Shown in pieces: positions 1 through 8,948 of a DNA stretch of 19,618 nucleotides (positions are counted from its first letter, which is position 1; every line of letters starts with the position of its first letter). The stretch lies in IMG/VR virus record IMGVR_UViG_2526164630_000049, one strand, 5' to 3'. Source of the DNA: a virus. Taxonomy: Duplodnaviria > Heunggongvirae > Uroviricota > Caudoviricetes. A model generated the notes under the pieces. The model ran no database searches, had not been told where the DNA came from, and saw only the letters and a list, made by a program, of their open reading frames with translations. The position numbers and the translations under genes are program-made.

Positions 1-90
1 TTGCCTCCCCCCCGTTGATGGGTAAAATAGCCGCAATTTTTCGTTTTCAACAAGCGCGGCGCGATGCCGCTTACTCAAGAAGAAAGAATT

Positions 91-165
91 ATGACGTTGT
101 CTCCTTATTTGCAAGAGGTGGCGAAGCGCCGCACTTTTGCCATTATTTCTCACCCCAATAATTAA
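91..165 (+). pseudogene. prfC: 5' fragment of host prfC (peptide chain release factor RF3), truncated at the prophage attL junction
   Basis: ATG at 91 translates [22 protein letters not shown], which matches the RF3 N-terminus as I recall it, then diverges (NN, stop at 163-165) exactly where AT-rich phage DNA begins. Not in the ORF track because it is under 60 aa. Confidence 0.55.
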
Positions 166-318
166 GCCCAAATTAAAGCTCTTTTACTCTTTCAAAATCC
201 TTTCAGTTAATTGAGTTTTGGTTATATAAATCATTTAAATACATATATTTGTGTGACTTTTTAATTGAAGATTCTTTCATGTAACTTTAAATCGATCAGG
301 TTGCTTTCATCAAAAATC

Positions 319-376
319 TGTACATATGCTTGTACATAATGTACAAAGCAGCAGAGGTGTTTTGCGATTTGTACAA
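319..376 (+). promoter_or_regulatory. Cluster of four TGTACA(T/A)A direct repeats immediately upstream of int; candidate Int arm-type or regulatory sites
   Basis: TGTACA at 319-324, 331-336, 340-345 and 370-375, all within 60 bp of the int ATG at 385. Confidence 0.35.
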
Positions 377-384
377 GGTGAGTA

Positions 385-1608
385 ATGGCGCTGTCTGATG
401 CGTGGTTGCGTTCAGTCGTTGGAAAGGAACGTGATAAGGTTTTGGTTAAATCCGATCGTGATGGTCTGTCTGTCAGAGTATCACCGAAAGGTCGCGTAGT
501 ATTCCAATATCGTTATCAATGGGCAGGGAAAGGTGAGCGTCTTGATATCGGAACTTACCCGGCAACTGGATTAAAAGAGGCCAGAGAAGAAGTTATCCGT
601 CTTCGTGGTGAACTCGAGTCAAACCGCAATCCACGATTGGTCAAGCAGGTAGAAAAACGCAAAGCTACTGAAGCCATGACGGTGGAGTCTGTGATCCGTG
701 CCTGGTATGCAGCATATTGTGTAAAAAATAAAAAAGGTTCTGAGCAGATACTCCGCTCATTTGAACTGCACCTGTTCTCTAAAATCGGGAGTATCCCTCA
801 CGATGTAGCTACATTGCATGATTGGTTAGAGGTCCTGGAGCCTCTTAGCACTAAGACTCCAGCAATAGCAGACCGATTGCTAATTAACGCAAAGCAGGCC
901 CATGTCTGGGCGTATAAGAGAAAGCTCATTGAAACTCGCCCGCTGTCGGATATCACGGGTAAAGATATGGATATCCGTAAAGGTCAGAAGAAACGGTTTC
1001 TGACACATGATGAAATTAAAATCCTTTATGCTGCGATCGATGGTTCTCGAATGGTTCCTAAATACCGGGCCTTCATTAAACTATTGCTGCATTTTGGTTG
1101 CCGTAGTTCAGAGCTAATTACTGCCCGGGTGGACGATTTTGATTTCATTAATAAAGTATGGACTGTACCACCAGAACGACATAAGACTGGGGAGATAACA
1201 GGCGAACCGCTAAAGCGACCCATTATTGAACCGGTTGAAGAGCTTATAAAGTACGCTATCTCTATGAACAATGGTTCCGATATGCTTTTTACTAAGGAAG
1301 GAAGCAGGGAACCCGTTGGTCGGACATCATTGCAGTCGCTGCCTTACAATTTAATGCAGTACGCATGGCGGCGTTTGGGGTATCAATTCCCTCATTGGTC
1401 TCTTCATGATTTGAGACGAACAGCACGAACAAACTTTTCTGATCTTACTGAGCCTCATATTGCAGAAATAATGCTAGGTCATAAACTGCCAGGGGTATGG
1501 CAAGTTTATGATAAGAGCGATTATCTAGAAGAACAGCGTAAAGCCTACCAGGCATGGTGGGAGAGAGTTGAATCGATTGTTACTTGTACTAACTCATGCT
1601 CCAATTGA
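385..1608 (+). CDS. int: Phage tyrosine integrase (site-specific recombinase)
   Basis: 407-aa ORF adjacent to the att junction. N-terminal arm-binding-like segment (VRVSPKGRVVFQYRY); C-terminal catalytic region with LHDLRRTARTN, LGH and a terminal Tyr region (VYDKSDY), consistent with the R-H-R-Y tyrosine recombinase signature. Confidence 0.9.
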   Translation: MALSDAWLRSVVGKERDKVLVKSDRDGLSVRVSPKGRVVFQYRYQWAGKGERLDIGTYPATGLKEAREEVIRLRGELESNRNPRLVKQVEKRKATEAMTVESVIRAWYAAYCVKNKKGSEQILRSFELHLFSKIGSIPHDVATLHDWLEVLEPLSTKTPAIADRLLINAKQAHVWAYKRKLIETRPLSDITGKDMDIRKGQKKRFLTHDEIKILYAAIDGSRMVPKYRAFIKLLLHFGCRSSELITARVDDFDFINKVWTVPPERHKTGEITGEPLKRPIIEPVEELIKYAISMNNGSDMLFTKEGSREPVGRTSLQSLPYNLMQYAWRRLGYQFPHWSLHDLRRTARTNFSDLTEPHIAEIMLGHKLPGVWQVYDKSDYLEEQRKAYQAWWERVESIVTCTNSCSN

Positions 1609-1640
1609 TACAGTATGCCCAGCCAGTATGTAATCAAATT

Positions 1641-1690
1641 TGGCAGCCTGCTTTGAGCGTAAAGCGAGAGCTGCCATTATTCTTATATTT
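1641..1690 (+). terminator. Possible intrinsic terminator downstream of int
   Basis: Inverted repeat TGGCAGC (1641-1647) / GCTGCCA (1670-1676) followed by a T-rich tract (TTATTCTTATATTT). The loop is long, so this is weak. Confidence 0.3.
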
Positions 1691-1779
1691 GAACGCTATA
1701 CGATTAACTTTTTGACTGATAGATCAACTGGGTTCAGGATACCACCTGCAATATAAGCAGGTGATGGATAAATATATCA

Positions 1780-2346
1780 TTATTGGTCAGGATATTTTGA
1801 TAGTTCAACTTCAAAAGTTGAATTTTTGTTTTTTAGAACATGATCAACACCTGTATAAAGTTGCCGTAATTTATTTACTGCATTTATATCAATGGAAGCA
1901 GGGGAGAATGCTCGGATAAGATTGTTGAAGATTTCCTTGGAGTAAGCAGATTTCTTCTTTTTATCAAGAGAGTCCATTCTTTTAATAATGATTTCTAAAA
2001 GATATGTCTTTTGATTGTTATGCATTTTTTCTGAAGTAATAATCAGATACATCATTTCCCCCAAGGTTTTAGAGGCAAAGAACTCTGGAGATTGCTCTTT
2101 ATCTTCTGTTGTCCAGTTATCATAATTGAGGTGTTCTGTTGCTCCTGCCCATATATTACAACGGCTGATTAGCTCATATATTAAATAATCAAATCGCATG
2201 GGGAACTCTCTATTTACATCTATGCTGCTAGATTTTTCATAGCTCTCAAGTATTTCCTTTAGGAAACAACGATAATACATGAGCCACATATTGTTTTTTG
2301 AGCGTTTGAATATTGCTGTAGATACCATAACATCGAAAAACGTCAA
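1780..2346 (-). CDS. Hypothetical protein, downstream partner of the membrane protein in an AT-rich cargo module
   Basis: 188-aa ORF (TTG at 2346; first ATG at 2328 gives 182 aa). Its start overlaps the stop of the upstream ORF by 4 nt. No motif I recognise. Long open frame in AT-rich DNA. Confidence 0.55.
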   Translation of the reverse strand: MTFFDVMVSTAIFKRSKNNMWLMYYRCFLKEILESYEKSSSIDVNREFPMRFDYLIYELISRCNIWAGATEHLNYDNWTTEDKEQSPEFFASKTLGEMMYLIITSEKMHNNQKTYLLEIIIKRMDSLDKKKKSAYSKEIFNNLIRAFSPASIDINAVNKLRQLYTGVDHVLKNKNSTFEVELSKYPDQ

Positions 2347-3332
2347 TCCAACGAAGATTGGGCATTCCCAACGCTCATCACTACTTGAATAGTAATTATC
2401 TGGATGATTGTAAAAGCAAGAACTCCCTTTTTGTTTTTTATGTAGCTAATGACATAATTACCCACAGGTTTCCATATTTCTAAATCTATCGCCATGCGAA
2501 TATCATTTAAATAAAAATTAAGCAAGGCATTACTTTCGTCGAGTGCATACTCCCCTGTATATGAACGATTTTGGTTGTCTCGTAACTCCCTATACATAAT
2601 GCTGTTTGGGTTAGATATTAAATACGTAAAGAAATTTGTATTATACTCACAATTATATCTAAGCTGTAAGCAGGTGGCCTTCATAGCTACGTGAGGGTAA
2701 GTATCAATTAGATAATGTGAAAAAACCTTTGATTTCAGAAGATTGGATATATTTAATTGAATATCATTTTGTCTTTTGTCTTCATAAGGGAAAAACTTTG
2801 ACAGAAATCTCCTGACTTTTTTGAATCGTAATTTTTTTACCTTCTCTTCATCCATTTCAATGGGAGATAATGAAGGGGCTAAGTAATTATGTACGCGAAC
2901 ATACCATTTTTTATTGCTGATTATATTGAATAGCTGCTCGTGATATTTATCAAAAAGATATCCTAGTTGTTCTATTTTTTTTGCGCGCAGATATGTTTCT
3001 GAAACACTGATCCAACAGGTAAGGTTTGCTTTTGGTAGTATTTTGCCCTGTACTTTAATTCCAAAAAATATAATTATGATACAAAGACAAGTAAAAGCCA
3101 ATGTATCTTCGTTAAAACCGAGTATCCAAGGGATCGGTTTTATCGGGAAAACACTTAGCAAAACCTTAGAATATATAACTGTTAATATTGTTGATATAAA
3201 AAAGATAATGAATACTAAATTAAATTTAGATATGCGTAACCTTAAATCAACACGTCTCTCATCCGTTAAGAGAGTATACCAAGCAATAAGTATGGCGAAG
3301 ACTGCTAGTAAACCATTGGCACCCATTATCAC
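2343..3332 (-). CDS. Hypothetical integral membrane protein (about 3 N-terminal TM helices plus a C-terminal hydrophobic segment)
   Basis: 329-aa ORF in very AT-rich DNA. Hydrophobic stretches LLAVFAILIAWYTLL, FNLVFIIFFISTILTVIY, LAFTCLCIIIIFFGI and C-terminal GVLAFTIIQIITIQVVM. No recognisable catalytic motif. Confidence 0.6.
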   Translation of the reverse strand: MIMGANGLLAVFAILIAWYTLLTDERRVDLRLRISKFNLVFIIFFISTILTVIYSKVLLSVFPIKPIPWILGFNEDTLAFTCLCIIIIFFGIKVQGKILPKANLTCWISVSETYLRAKKIEQLGYLFDKYHEQLFNIISNKKWYVRVHNYLAPSLSPIEMDEEKVKKLRFKKVRRFLSKFFPYEDKRQNDIQLNISNLLKSKVFSHYLIDTYPHVAMKATCLQLRYNCEYNTNFFTYLISNPNSIMYRELRDNQNRSYTGEYALDESNALLNFYLNDIRMAIDLEIWKPVGNYVISYIKNKKGVLAFTIIQIITIQVVMSVGNAQSSLD

Positions 3333-3558
3333 CTCTGAATAAGCTACATTTAGACATTCATAAAAAACTTTAATACTATGTACTTATTGTAACAAATTCT
3401 GGGTGTTTTCATCAGAATTATCTGCATCATCCTGCACCATTAATTTTGGTGCTTCGCTGGTGGTATTTGCAACATCTACTTCAGGCACAGAGTAGACAGT
3501 CTGATTAGGTTTAGCTCTGTGCCATAGATGTGTTAACTCACATCTGAACGAATACGTA

Positions 3559-3753
3559 TTACTCAATAACTCCCGCAAACCTGTATATCTTGCGTGATGC
3601 CCATTTATTTGGGCAGGATTTAATATCAGGATCTGGGAAGTCAGGCCTGTATTTCTGGCCAGTTCTCCTGTTTACGCTGTTCCAGCGAAGAACTGTCGAT
3701 ACTGAAACGCCACAGAAATCAGCGACTTGTTTAGTTGTCATTAAGTTGTTCAT
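3559..3753 (-). CDS. xis: Excisionase-like DNA-binding protein
   Basis: 64 aa; HTH-like segment TKQVADFCGVSVSTVLRW followed by a basic region. Small gene near int, as in lambdoid phages. Confidence 0.55.
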   Translation of the reverse strand: MNNLMTTKQVADFCGVSVSTVLRWNSVNRRTGQKYRPDFPDPDIKSCPNKWASRKIYRFAGVIE

Positions 3754-4133
3754 TACTTCACCTCCTGCGGCGGCTCCGGTAGCGGCATCCAGTGTGTGGC
3801 CTGTTCAATACCATTACCATCAATACCATTACCAGGCGTAACCGTTATCTGCCCACGCCGAAAGGTGCTTCCGGTATAGCGTGCGGAGCATATTAGCGGT
3901 TCAACCAGAGAGCTATCGAAATTCACCGAAATAAGCACGTTCTGGCCCTTTTCAGGCATTCGATCACTACAGCTTATCCAGCCATCCGTAGTTACCGGAG
4001 AATTGCCAGCCTTGCGCATGGCAATCTCCATGATTTCAACCATATCCCCTGGTGGAATTTTACAATGCTGACCAGTATGCCTCTGCTGTCTGGCATATTC
4101 GAGGATGTGCTCCAGCTTGGTACGATTAATCAT
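3753..4133 (-). CDS. DUF551-like phage protein
   Basis: 126 aa; C-terminal HWMPLPEPP motif typical of DUF551 proteins of lambdoid prophages (from memory). Confidence 0.55.
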   Translation of the reverse strand: MINRTKLEHILEYARQQRHTGQHCKIPPGDMVEIMEIAMRKAGNSPVTTDGWISCSDRMPEKGQNVLISVNFDSSLVEPLICSARYTGSTFRRGQITVTPGNGIDGNGIEQATHWMPLPEPPQEVK

Positions 4134-4948
4134 GATTTATCTCCCTTAAGCATGGCAGCGCGGCAGGCATCCTCTACGCCCTTAACTGCATCTGCGCAGT
4201 AGTTATAGCGATTGCATTCCACTAACTTCTGCTTGAGATTTTCAATTGATTGCGCGATATCAGCCTGTATTACCGGAGCTGGCGGAACGGCTGTCTGCAC
4301 TCGAACGTCATCAGGTACTACCGGCTCTACTGCCAACTGACTGGCATATTTGTTAATGGTAACGATAAGCTCTTGCTCAGCCTCATCCAGACAATCACCG
4401 ATACCTCGCCTGTCACCGTCAAAATCATCGACATCGGCACGAATCTTGGCAACCTTCAGGATTGCGGACAACACCTCACTAGGAATTACCGGATAGTTGG
4501 TTGACGTTTCCGCGATTTCCCGAAAATTATTGGTTGACGAATTCTTGTTTTCCCGAAAGTTTCCGGACTGAAGCATAGCGGCACGGCAGGCGTTCCAGCC
4601 TCTCACCTCTGCAATAGCGGCAACAGCATCAACCGCGTACATGCTAAGAGGATTAGGCATTGGTTTTTCTTCCGGTACTACTGGTGCTGGAGGGGCGGCG
4701 TAAATGCCCTCTATCACTAAATGTTTGCGCTCAAAATCATCTGGCTCTCGATGATATACGTAACTCCAATCACCAAGGTTATCATTGCGCCTGCAACGGA
4801 AACCTATCGGCTCGGCTTCCAGCGCTGCCAGAGCAATTCGTGCCAGTTCTTCCGCTTCTTCTGCTGGCAGTACAACGTTGCTACCAGGTCCGTATGTTTC
4901 GCGCCACTGTTTGATTGTCAGCAGTCGCCCTTTGGTAATAGTGATCAT
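4130..4948 (-). CDS. Hypothetical phage protein
   Basis: 272-aa ORF; 4-nt overlaps with both neighbouring genes in the leftward operon. Confidence 0.55.
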   Translation of the reverse strand: MITITKGRLLTIKQWRETYGPGSNVVLPAEEAEELARIALAALEAEPIGFRCRRNDNLGDWSYVYHREPDDFERKHLVIEGIYAAPPAPVVPEEKPMPNPLSMYAVDAVAAIAEVRGWNACRAAMLQSGNFRENKNSSTNNFREIAETSTNYPVIPSEVLSAILKVAKIRADVDDFDGDRRGIGDCLDEAEQELIVTINKYASQLAVEPVVPDDVRVQTAVPPAPVIQADIAQSIENLKQKLVECNRYNYCADAVKGVEDACRAAMLKGDKS

Positions 4949-5460
4949 GCCGCGTTTCCTTCTTTCTTATTAACAATCACACCGTCATATATTTCATTAA
5001 GGTGCCCTCTCAACTCCATGCGCCTTAATGCAGATAACATGTAATCGCATTCAACCTGCTTATTCCCAGTAAATGGCTTATCGTCAGGATTACCCCAACA
5101 GCAATTACCCTTGGGCCACCCATGTACTTTCCGTACTCTTCCGTTAACAACGTGAAGTAATCCCCAGCCAGGTGGTAAATCCTCAATTGAAATAATTCCC
5201 GGCTCACTAATAAAGAATCGCCAGTCGCCCATTCCAAGAGACGGATTTTTACGGAAACGCTTTTTTTTATCTGCCAACAAGTCAGCATGAGAACACTTCG
5301 CCTCTATCAGGCATGATGCTGAATTTCTGAATCCCATAGCATCTGGCTGTTCTCCGGTACTGGTTACGGCTATAAAGCGGTCATGAAAGCAAACCTTGAA
5401 CCCGTTGCGCTTAAGGAACTTGTACGCAATCTGACAGAGTTCTCGGTGTGTTAACGCCAT
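4945..5460 (-). CDS. Hypothetical protein, possibly a PD-(D/E)xK-type nuclease
   Basis: Track ORF 4945-5622 overlaps the upstream gene. The internal ATG at 5460 (MALTHREL...) has a good SD (AAGGAGAG) and abuts the upstream stop at 5462-5464. Contains D...IEAKCS resembling a D-x-E-x-K nuclease motif; this is weak. Confidence 0.5.
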   Translation of the reverse strand: MALTHRELCQIAYKFLKRNGFKVCFHDRFIAVTSTGEQPDAMGFRNSASCLIEAKCSHADLLADKKKRFRKNPSLGMGDWRFFISEPGIISIEDLPPGWGLLHVVNGRVRKVHGWPKGNCCWGNPDDKPFTGNKQVECDYMLSALRRMELRGHLNEIYDGVIVNKKEGNAA

Positions 5461-5461
5461 C

Positions 5462-6232
5462 TCACTCTCCTTTGATGCGAATGCCAGCGGCGCGCTTGGC
5501 TTCACTTTGTTCCCAAAACCACTTGTGAAGCGCCATAAGCTTTTCGTCAATCGGTGCATATTTGCGATTAAAGTAGGCCTGGGCATCTTTCTCAGATTCG
5601 TCCGGTAATTCGCCAGGGCCAAACAGTGTGTTATAAATCCATGCTAGTCCGCTCTTAGCGTCGCCAGTTGCCTGCCATTCGATAATGGCAGCCTGCATGA
5701 CCAGAATGTTTTTCCCGATTAATAGGTCCAGTTCTTTGTACCGGTTGCGGATGTATGCATTCTCGCTTTGTAATTTTGCGTTGCGCTTTTCTGAGGCTTC
5801 AAGTAACGCCAGCTTATCGCGTAGAGCTTCTTCCAGTTCAGCAACATGGCATTCACTATCAATAAGGTTGTTCTCTGCTGCTTCAAGCTCAACACGCAGC
5901 TTCCCAACCGTAAGCGCAATCCCCTCGTTCTCCTGGTCGCGGCGTTTGATGTATTGCTGGTTTCTTTCCCGTTCATCCAGCAGTTCCAGCACGGTAGCCG
6001 GGTTAGCCTCTGCTATGAATTCAGCGTTTGCATAAGCCTGAGCATCTGATTCAATCAGGCAGTTAACATGACATTCCGCAATCACGCCACCGGGTTCTCC
6101 TTTCCATTTTTGGCAAACAAAAACTCCTGTTAAATTGCCGTGCTGGTTAACAGATGTATGCCCTACGATGTAGCTTCCTTTAGTTGCTTTTTCTGCCTTT
6201 TCACGCAGTGCCTGATAATTAATTTCGCTCAC
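5462..6232 (-). CDS. Ead/Ea22-like coiled-coil protein
   Basis: 256 aa; central heptad-rich region (LRVELEAAENNLIDSECHVAELEEALRDKLALLEASEKRNAKLQSENAYIRNRYKELD). Position and composition resemble lambdoid Ea22-like proteins (from memory). Confidence 0.5.
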   Translation of the reverse strand: MSEINYQALREKAEKATKGSYIVGHTSVNQHGNLTGVFVCQKWKGEPGGVIAECHVNCLIESDAQAYANAEFIAEANPATVLELLDERERNQQYIKRRDQENEGIALTVGKLRVELEAAENNLIDSECHVAELEEALRDKLALLEASEKRNAKLQSENAYIRNRYKELDLLIGKNILVMQAAIIEWQATGDAKSGLAWIYNTLFGPGELPDESEKDAQAYFNRKYAPIDEKLMALHKWFWEQSEAKRAAGIRIKGE

Positions 6233-6450
6233 TTCGAACCTCTCTGTTTACTGATAAGCTCCAGATCCTCCTGGCAACTTGCACAAGTCCGACAACCCTG
6301 AACTGCCAGGCGTCTTCGTTCATCTATCGGATCGCCACACTCACAACAATGAGTTGCGGATACAGTCTGGTAGTTCAGGCGACGCATTTTTATTGCTGTA
6401 TTGCGCTGTAATTCTTCAATTTCTGATGCTGAATCAATGATATCTGCCAT
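6229..6450 (-). CDS. TraR/DksA-family C4 zinc-finger protein
   Basis: 73 aa with CxxC...CxxC (CCECGDPIDERRRLAVQGCRTCASC), the typical phage TraR/DksA-like zinc ribbon. Confidence 0.6.
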   Translation of the reverse strand: MADIIDSASEIEELQRNTAIKMRRLNYQTVSATHCCECGDPIDERRRLAVQGCRTCASCQEDLELISKQRGSK

Positions 6451-6500
6451 CTTTCATTAATCCCTGAATTGTTGGTTAATACGCTTGAGGGTGAATGCGA

Positions 6501-6527
6501 ATAATAAAAAAGGAGCCTGTAGCTCCC
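6501..6527 (-). terminator. Intrinsic terminator on the minus strand
   Basis: Minus strand reads GGAGC-TACAG-GCTCC followed by TTTTTTATT (plus-strand A-tract 6501-6510, hairpin 6512-6526). Confidence 0.45.
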
Positions 6528-6548
6528 TGATGATTTTGCTTTTCATGT

Positions 6549-6830
6549 TCACCGTTCCTTAAAGACGCCGTTTAACATACCGATTGCCAGACTTAAGTGA
6601 GTCGGTGTGAATCCCATCAGCGTTACCGTTTCGCGGTGCTTCTTCAGTACGCTACGGCAAATGTCATCGACGTTTTTATCCGGAAACTGCTGTCTGGCAT
6701 TTTTGATTTCAGAATTAGTCTGACGGGCAATGCTGCGAAGGGCGTTTTCTTGCTGAGGTGTCATTGAACAAGTCCCATGTCGGCAAGCATAAGCACACAG
6801 AATATAAAGCCCGCTGCCAGAAGAATGCAT
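6549..6830 (-). CDS. Hypothetical protein (start uncertain; ATG at 6830 or at 6764)
   Basis: 93-aa ORF. No convincing SD at either candidate start. Confidence 0.4.
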   Translation of the reverse strand: MHSSGSGLYILCAYACRHGTCSMTPQQENALRSIARQTNSEIKNARQQFPDKNVDDICRSVLKKHRETVTLMGFTPTHLSLAIGMLNGVFKER

Positions 6831-6840
6831 TCAGTGGTTG

Positions 6841-7032
6841 TCATACCTGGTCTCTCTCATCTGCTTCTGCTTTCGCCACCATCATTTCCAGCTTTTGTGA
6901 AAGGGATGCGGCTAACGTATGAAATTCTTCGTCTGTTTCTACTGGTATTGGCACAAACCTGACTCCAATTTGAGCAAGGCTATGTGCCATCTCAATGCTC
7001 GTTCTTAACTCAACAGGAGATGCTTTGTGCAT
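6841..7032 (-). CDS. Small hypothetical phage protein (DUF1382-like from memory)
   Basis: 63-aa ORF in the cluster of small genes downstream of exo. Confidence 0.45.
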   Translation of the reverse strand: MHKASPVELRTSIEMAHSLAQIGVRFVPIPVETDEEFHTLAASLSQKLEMMVAKAEADERDQV

Positions 7033-7193
7033 ACAGCCCCTCGTTTATTATTTATCTCCTCAGCCAGCCGCTGGGCTTTCAGTGGATTTTGGATAACAGA
7101 AAGGCCGGGAAATACCCAGCCTCGCTTTGTAACGGAGTAGACGAAAGTGATCGTGCCTACGCGGATATTATCGTGAGGATGCTTCATCGCCAT
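7005..7193 (-). CDS. Small hypothetical phage protein (DUF1317-like from memory)
   Basis: 62-aa ORF overlapping the exo stop, as is typical of tightly packed early-left genes. Confidence 0.45.
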   Translation of the reverse strand: MAMKHPHDNIRVGTITFVYSVTKRGWVFPGLSVIQNPLKAQRLAEEINNKRGAVCTKHLLLS

Positions 7194-7864
7194 TGCTCCC
7201 CAAATACAAAACCAATTTCAGCCAGTGCCTCGTCCATTTTTTCGATGAACTCCGGCACCATCTCGTCAAAACTCGCCATGTACTTTTCATCCCGCTCAAC
7301 CACGACATAATGCAGTCCTTCACGCTTCATACGCGGGTCATAGTTGGCAAAGTACCAGGCATCTTTTCGCGTCACCCACATGCTGTACTGCACCTGGGCC
7401 AGGTAAGCCGATTTTATGGCCTCGAAACCACCGAGCCGGAATTTCATGAAATCCCGGGAGGTAAACGGGCATTTCAGTTCAAGGCCGTTGCCGTCACTGC
7501 ATAAACCATCGGGAGAGCAGGCTGTACGCATACTTTCGTCGCGATAGATAATCGGGGATTCAGTAACATTCACGCCGGAGGTGAACTCAAACAGGACTCT
7601 GGCGTCGTTCTCGTATTGTTTTCCCCAGGCCAGTGCTTTGGCATTAACTTCCGGAGTCACACCGGTGCAAACCTCAGCAAGCAGGGTGTGGAAGTAGGAC
7701 ATTTTCATGTCAGGCCATTTCTTTCCTGAACGGGGTTTTGCTATCACGTTGTGAACTTCTGAAGCTGTAATGACGCCGAGCCGTAATTTGTGCCACGCAT
7801 CATCCCCCTGTTCGACAGCTCTCACGTCGATCCCGGTACGCTGCAGGATAATGTCCGGTGTCAT
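7184..7864 (-). CDS. exo: Lambda-type exonuclease (Red alpha)
   Basis: 226 aa, the same length as lambda Exo. Sequence recognisably Exo ([37 protein letters not shown]...). 4-nt overlap with bet. Confidence 0.9.
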   Translation of the reverse strand: MTPDIILQRTGIDVRAVEQGDDAWHKLRLGVITASEVHNVIAKPRSGKKWPDMKMSYFHTLLAEVCTGVTPEVNAKALAWGKQYENDARVLFEFTSGVNVTESPIIYRDESMRTACSPDGLCSDGNGLELKCPFTSRDFMKFRLGGFEAIKSAYLAQVQYSMWVTRKDAWYFANYDPRMKREGLHYVVVERDEKYMASFDEMVPEFIEKMDEALAEIGFVFGEQWR

Positions 7865-8646
7865 GCAGCCACCTTCTGTTCAGAGGCTTTCTGTTTCAGG
7901 AATCCAAGAGCTTTCACTGCTTCGGCCTGTGTCAGTTCTGACGATGCGCGAATGTCGCGGCGAAATATCTGGGAACAGAGCGGCAATAAGTCGTCATCCC
8001 ATGTTTTGTCCAGGGCAATCAGCAGAGTGTTAATCTCCTGCATGGTTTCATCGTTAACCGGAGTGATGTCGCGTTCCGGCTGACGTTCTGCAGTGTATGC
8101 GGTATTTTCGACAATGCGCTCGGCTTCATCCTTGTCATAGATACCAGCAAATCCGAAGGCCAGACGGGCACACTGAATCATGGCTTTATGCCGTAACATC
8201 CGTTTGGGATGCGACTGCCACGGTCCGGTGATTTCTCTGCCTTCGCGGGTTTTGAATGGTTCGCGGCGGCATTCATCCATCCACTCGGTAACGCAGATCG
8301 GATGATTGCGGTCTTTGCGGTAAATCCGGCATGTGCAGGATTCATTGTCCTGCTCAAAGTCCATGCCATCAAACTGCTGGTTTTCATTGATGATACGGGA
8401 CCAGCCATCAACGCCCACCACCGGAACGATGCCGTTCTGCTTATCAGGAAAGGCGTAAATTTCTTTCGTCCACGGATTAAGACCGTACTGGTTGGCGACG
8501 ATCAGCAATGCGATGAACTGCGCATCGCTGGCATCACCTTTAAATGCCGTCTGGCGAAGAGTGGTGATCAGTTCCTGTGGGTCGACAGAATCCATGCCGA
8601 CACGTTCAGCCAGCTTCCCTGCCAGCGTTGCGAGTGCTGTACTCAT
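7861..8646 (-). CDS. bet: Recombination protein Bet (Red beta, single-strand annealing protein)
   Basis: 261 aa, the same length as lambda Bet. Recognisable sequence ([37 protein letters not shown]...). Confidence 0.9.
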   Translation of the reverse strand: MSTALATLAGKLAERVGMDSVDPQELITTLRQTAFKGDASDAQFIALLIVANQYGLNPWTKEIYAFPDKQNGIVPVVGVDGWSRIINENQQFDGMDFEQDNESCTCRIYRKDRNHPICVTEWMDECRREPFKTREGREITGPWQSHPKRMLRHKAMIQCARLAFGFAGIYDKDEAERIVENTAYTAERQPERDITPVNDETMQEINTLLIALDKTWDDDLLPLCSQIFRRDIRASSELTQAEAVKALGFLKQKASEQKVAA

Positions 8647-8651
8647 TCGTT

Positions 8652-8948
8652 TTATACCTCTGAATCAATATCAACCTGGTGGTGAGCAATGGTTTCAACC
8701 ATGTACCGGATGTGTTCTGCCATGCGCTCCTGAAACTCAACATCGTCATCAAACGCACGGGTAATGGCTTTTTTGCTGGCCCCGTGGCGTTGCAAATGAT
8801 CGATGCATAGCGATTCAAACAGGTGCTGGGGCAGGCCTTTTTCCATGTCGTCTGCCAGTTCTGCCTCTTTCTCTTCACGGGCGATCTGCTGGTAGTGACG
8901 CTCCCAGCTCTGAGCCTCAAGACGATCCTGAATGTAATAAGCGTTCAT
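8652..8948 (-). CDS. gam: Gam (RecBCD inhibitor), short GamS form
   Basis: 98 aa starting [15 protein letters not shown] and ending [10 protein letters not shown], matching lambda GamS. The upstream in-frame GamL-like extension is interrupted by TAA. Confidence 0.85.
   Translation of the reverse strand: MNAYYIQDRLEAQSWERHYQQIAREEKEAELADDMEKGLPQHLFESLCIDHLQRHGASKKAITRAFDDDVEFQERMAEHIRYMVETIAHHQVDIDSEV

Noticed and set aside
1026-1271. 81-aa minus-strand ORF inside int
   Set aside because: Antisense to a well-supported integrase gene; no RBS or motif; typical shadow ORF.
1743-1763. 7-bp hairpin CACCTGC-AATATAA-GCAGGTG between int and the cargo module, considered as a terminator
   Set aside because: No adjacent U-tract on either strand; kept only as a possible structural element.
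3043-3342. 99-aa plus-strand ORF overlapping the membrane-protein gene
   Set aside because: Lies entirely antisense within the 329-aa ORF; AT-rich shadow frame.
3384-3578. 64-aa minus-strand ORF between the cargo module and xis
   Set aside because: Starts with TTG inside the xis 3' end, has no SD and a low-complexity acidic tail. Could be real, but the evidence is insufficient.
3590-3841. 83-aa plus-strand ORF antisense to xis and the DUF551 gene
   Set aside because: Antisense to two better-supported genes in a leftward operon.
4250-5044. Several 60-110-aa plus-strand ORFs (4250-4504, 4660-4914, 4721-5044, 4785-4973)
   Set aside because: All antisense to the 272-aa and 172-aa minus-strand genes; low-complexity translations.
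5685-6049. Plus-strand ORFs 5685-6035 and 5846-6049, and minus-strand ORF 5719-5976, inside the Ea22-like gene
   Set aside because: Serine-rich, low-complexity translations from alternative frames of a coiled-coil gene.
7193-8764. Plus-strand ORFs antisense to exo and bet, and minus-strand ORF 8178-8411
   Set aside because: exo and bet are full length and unambiguous; these are alternative-frame artefacts.
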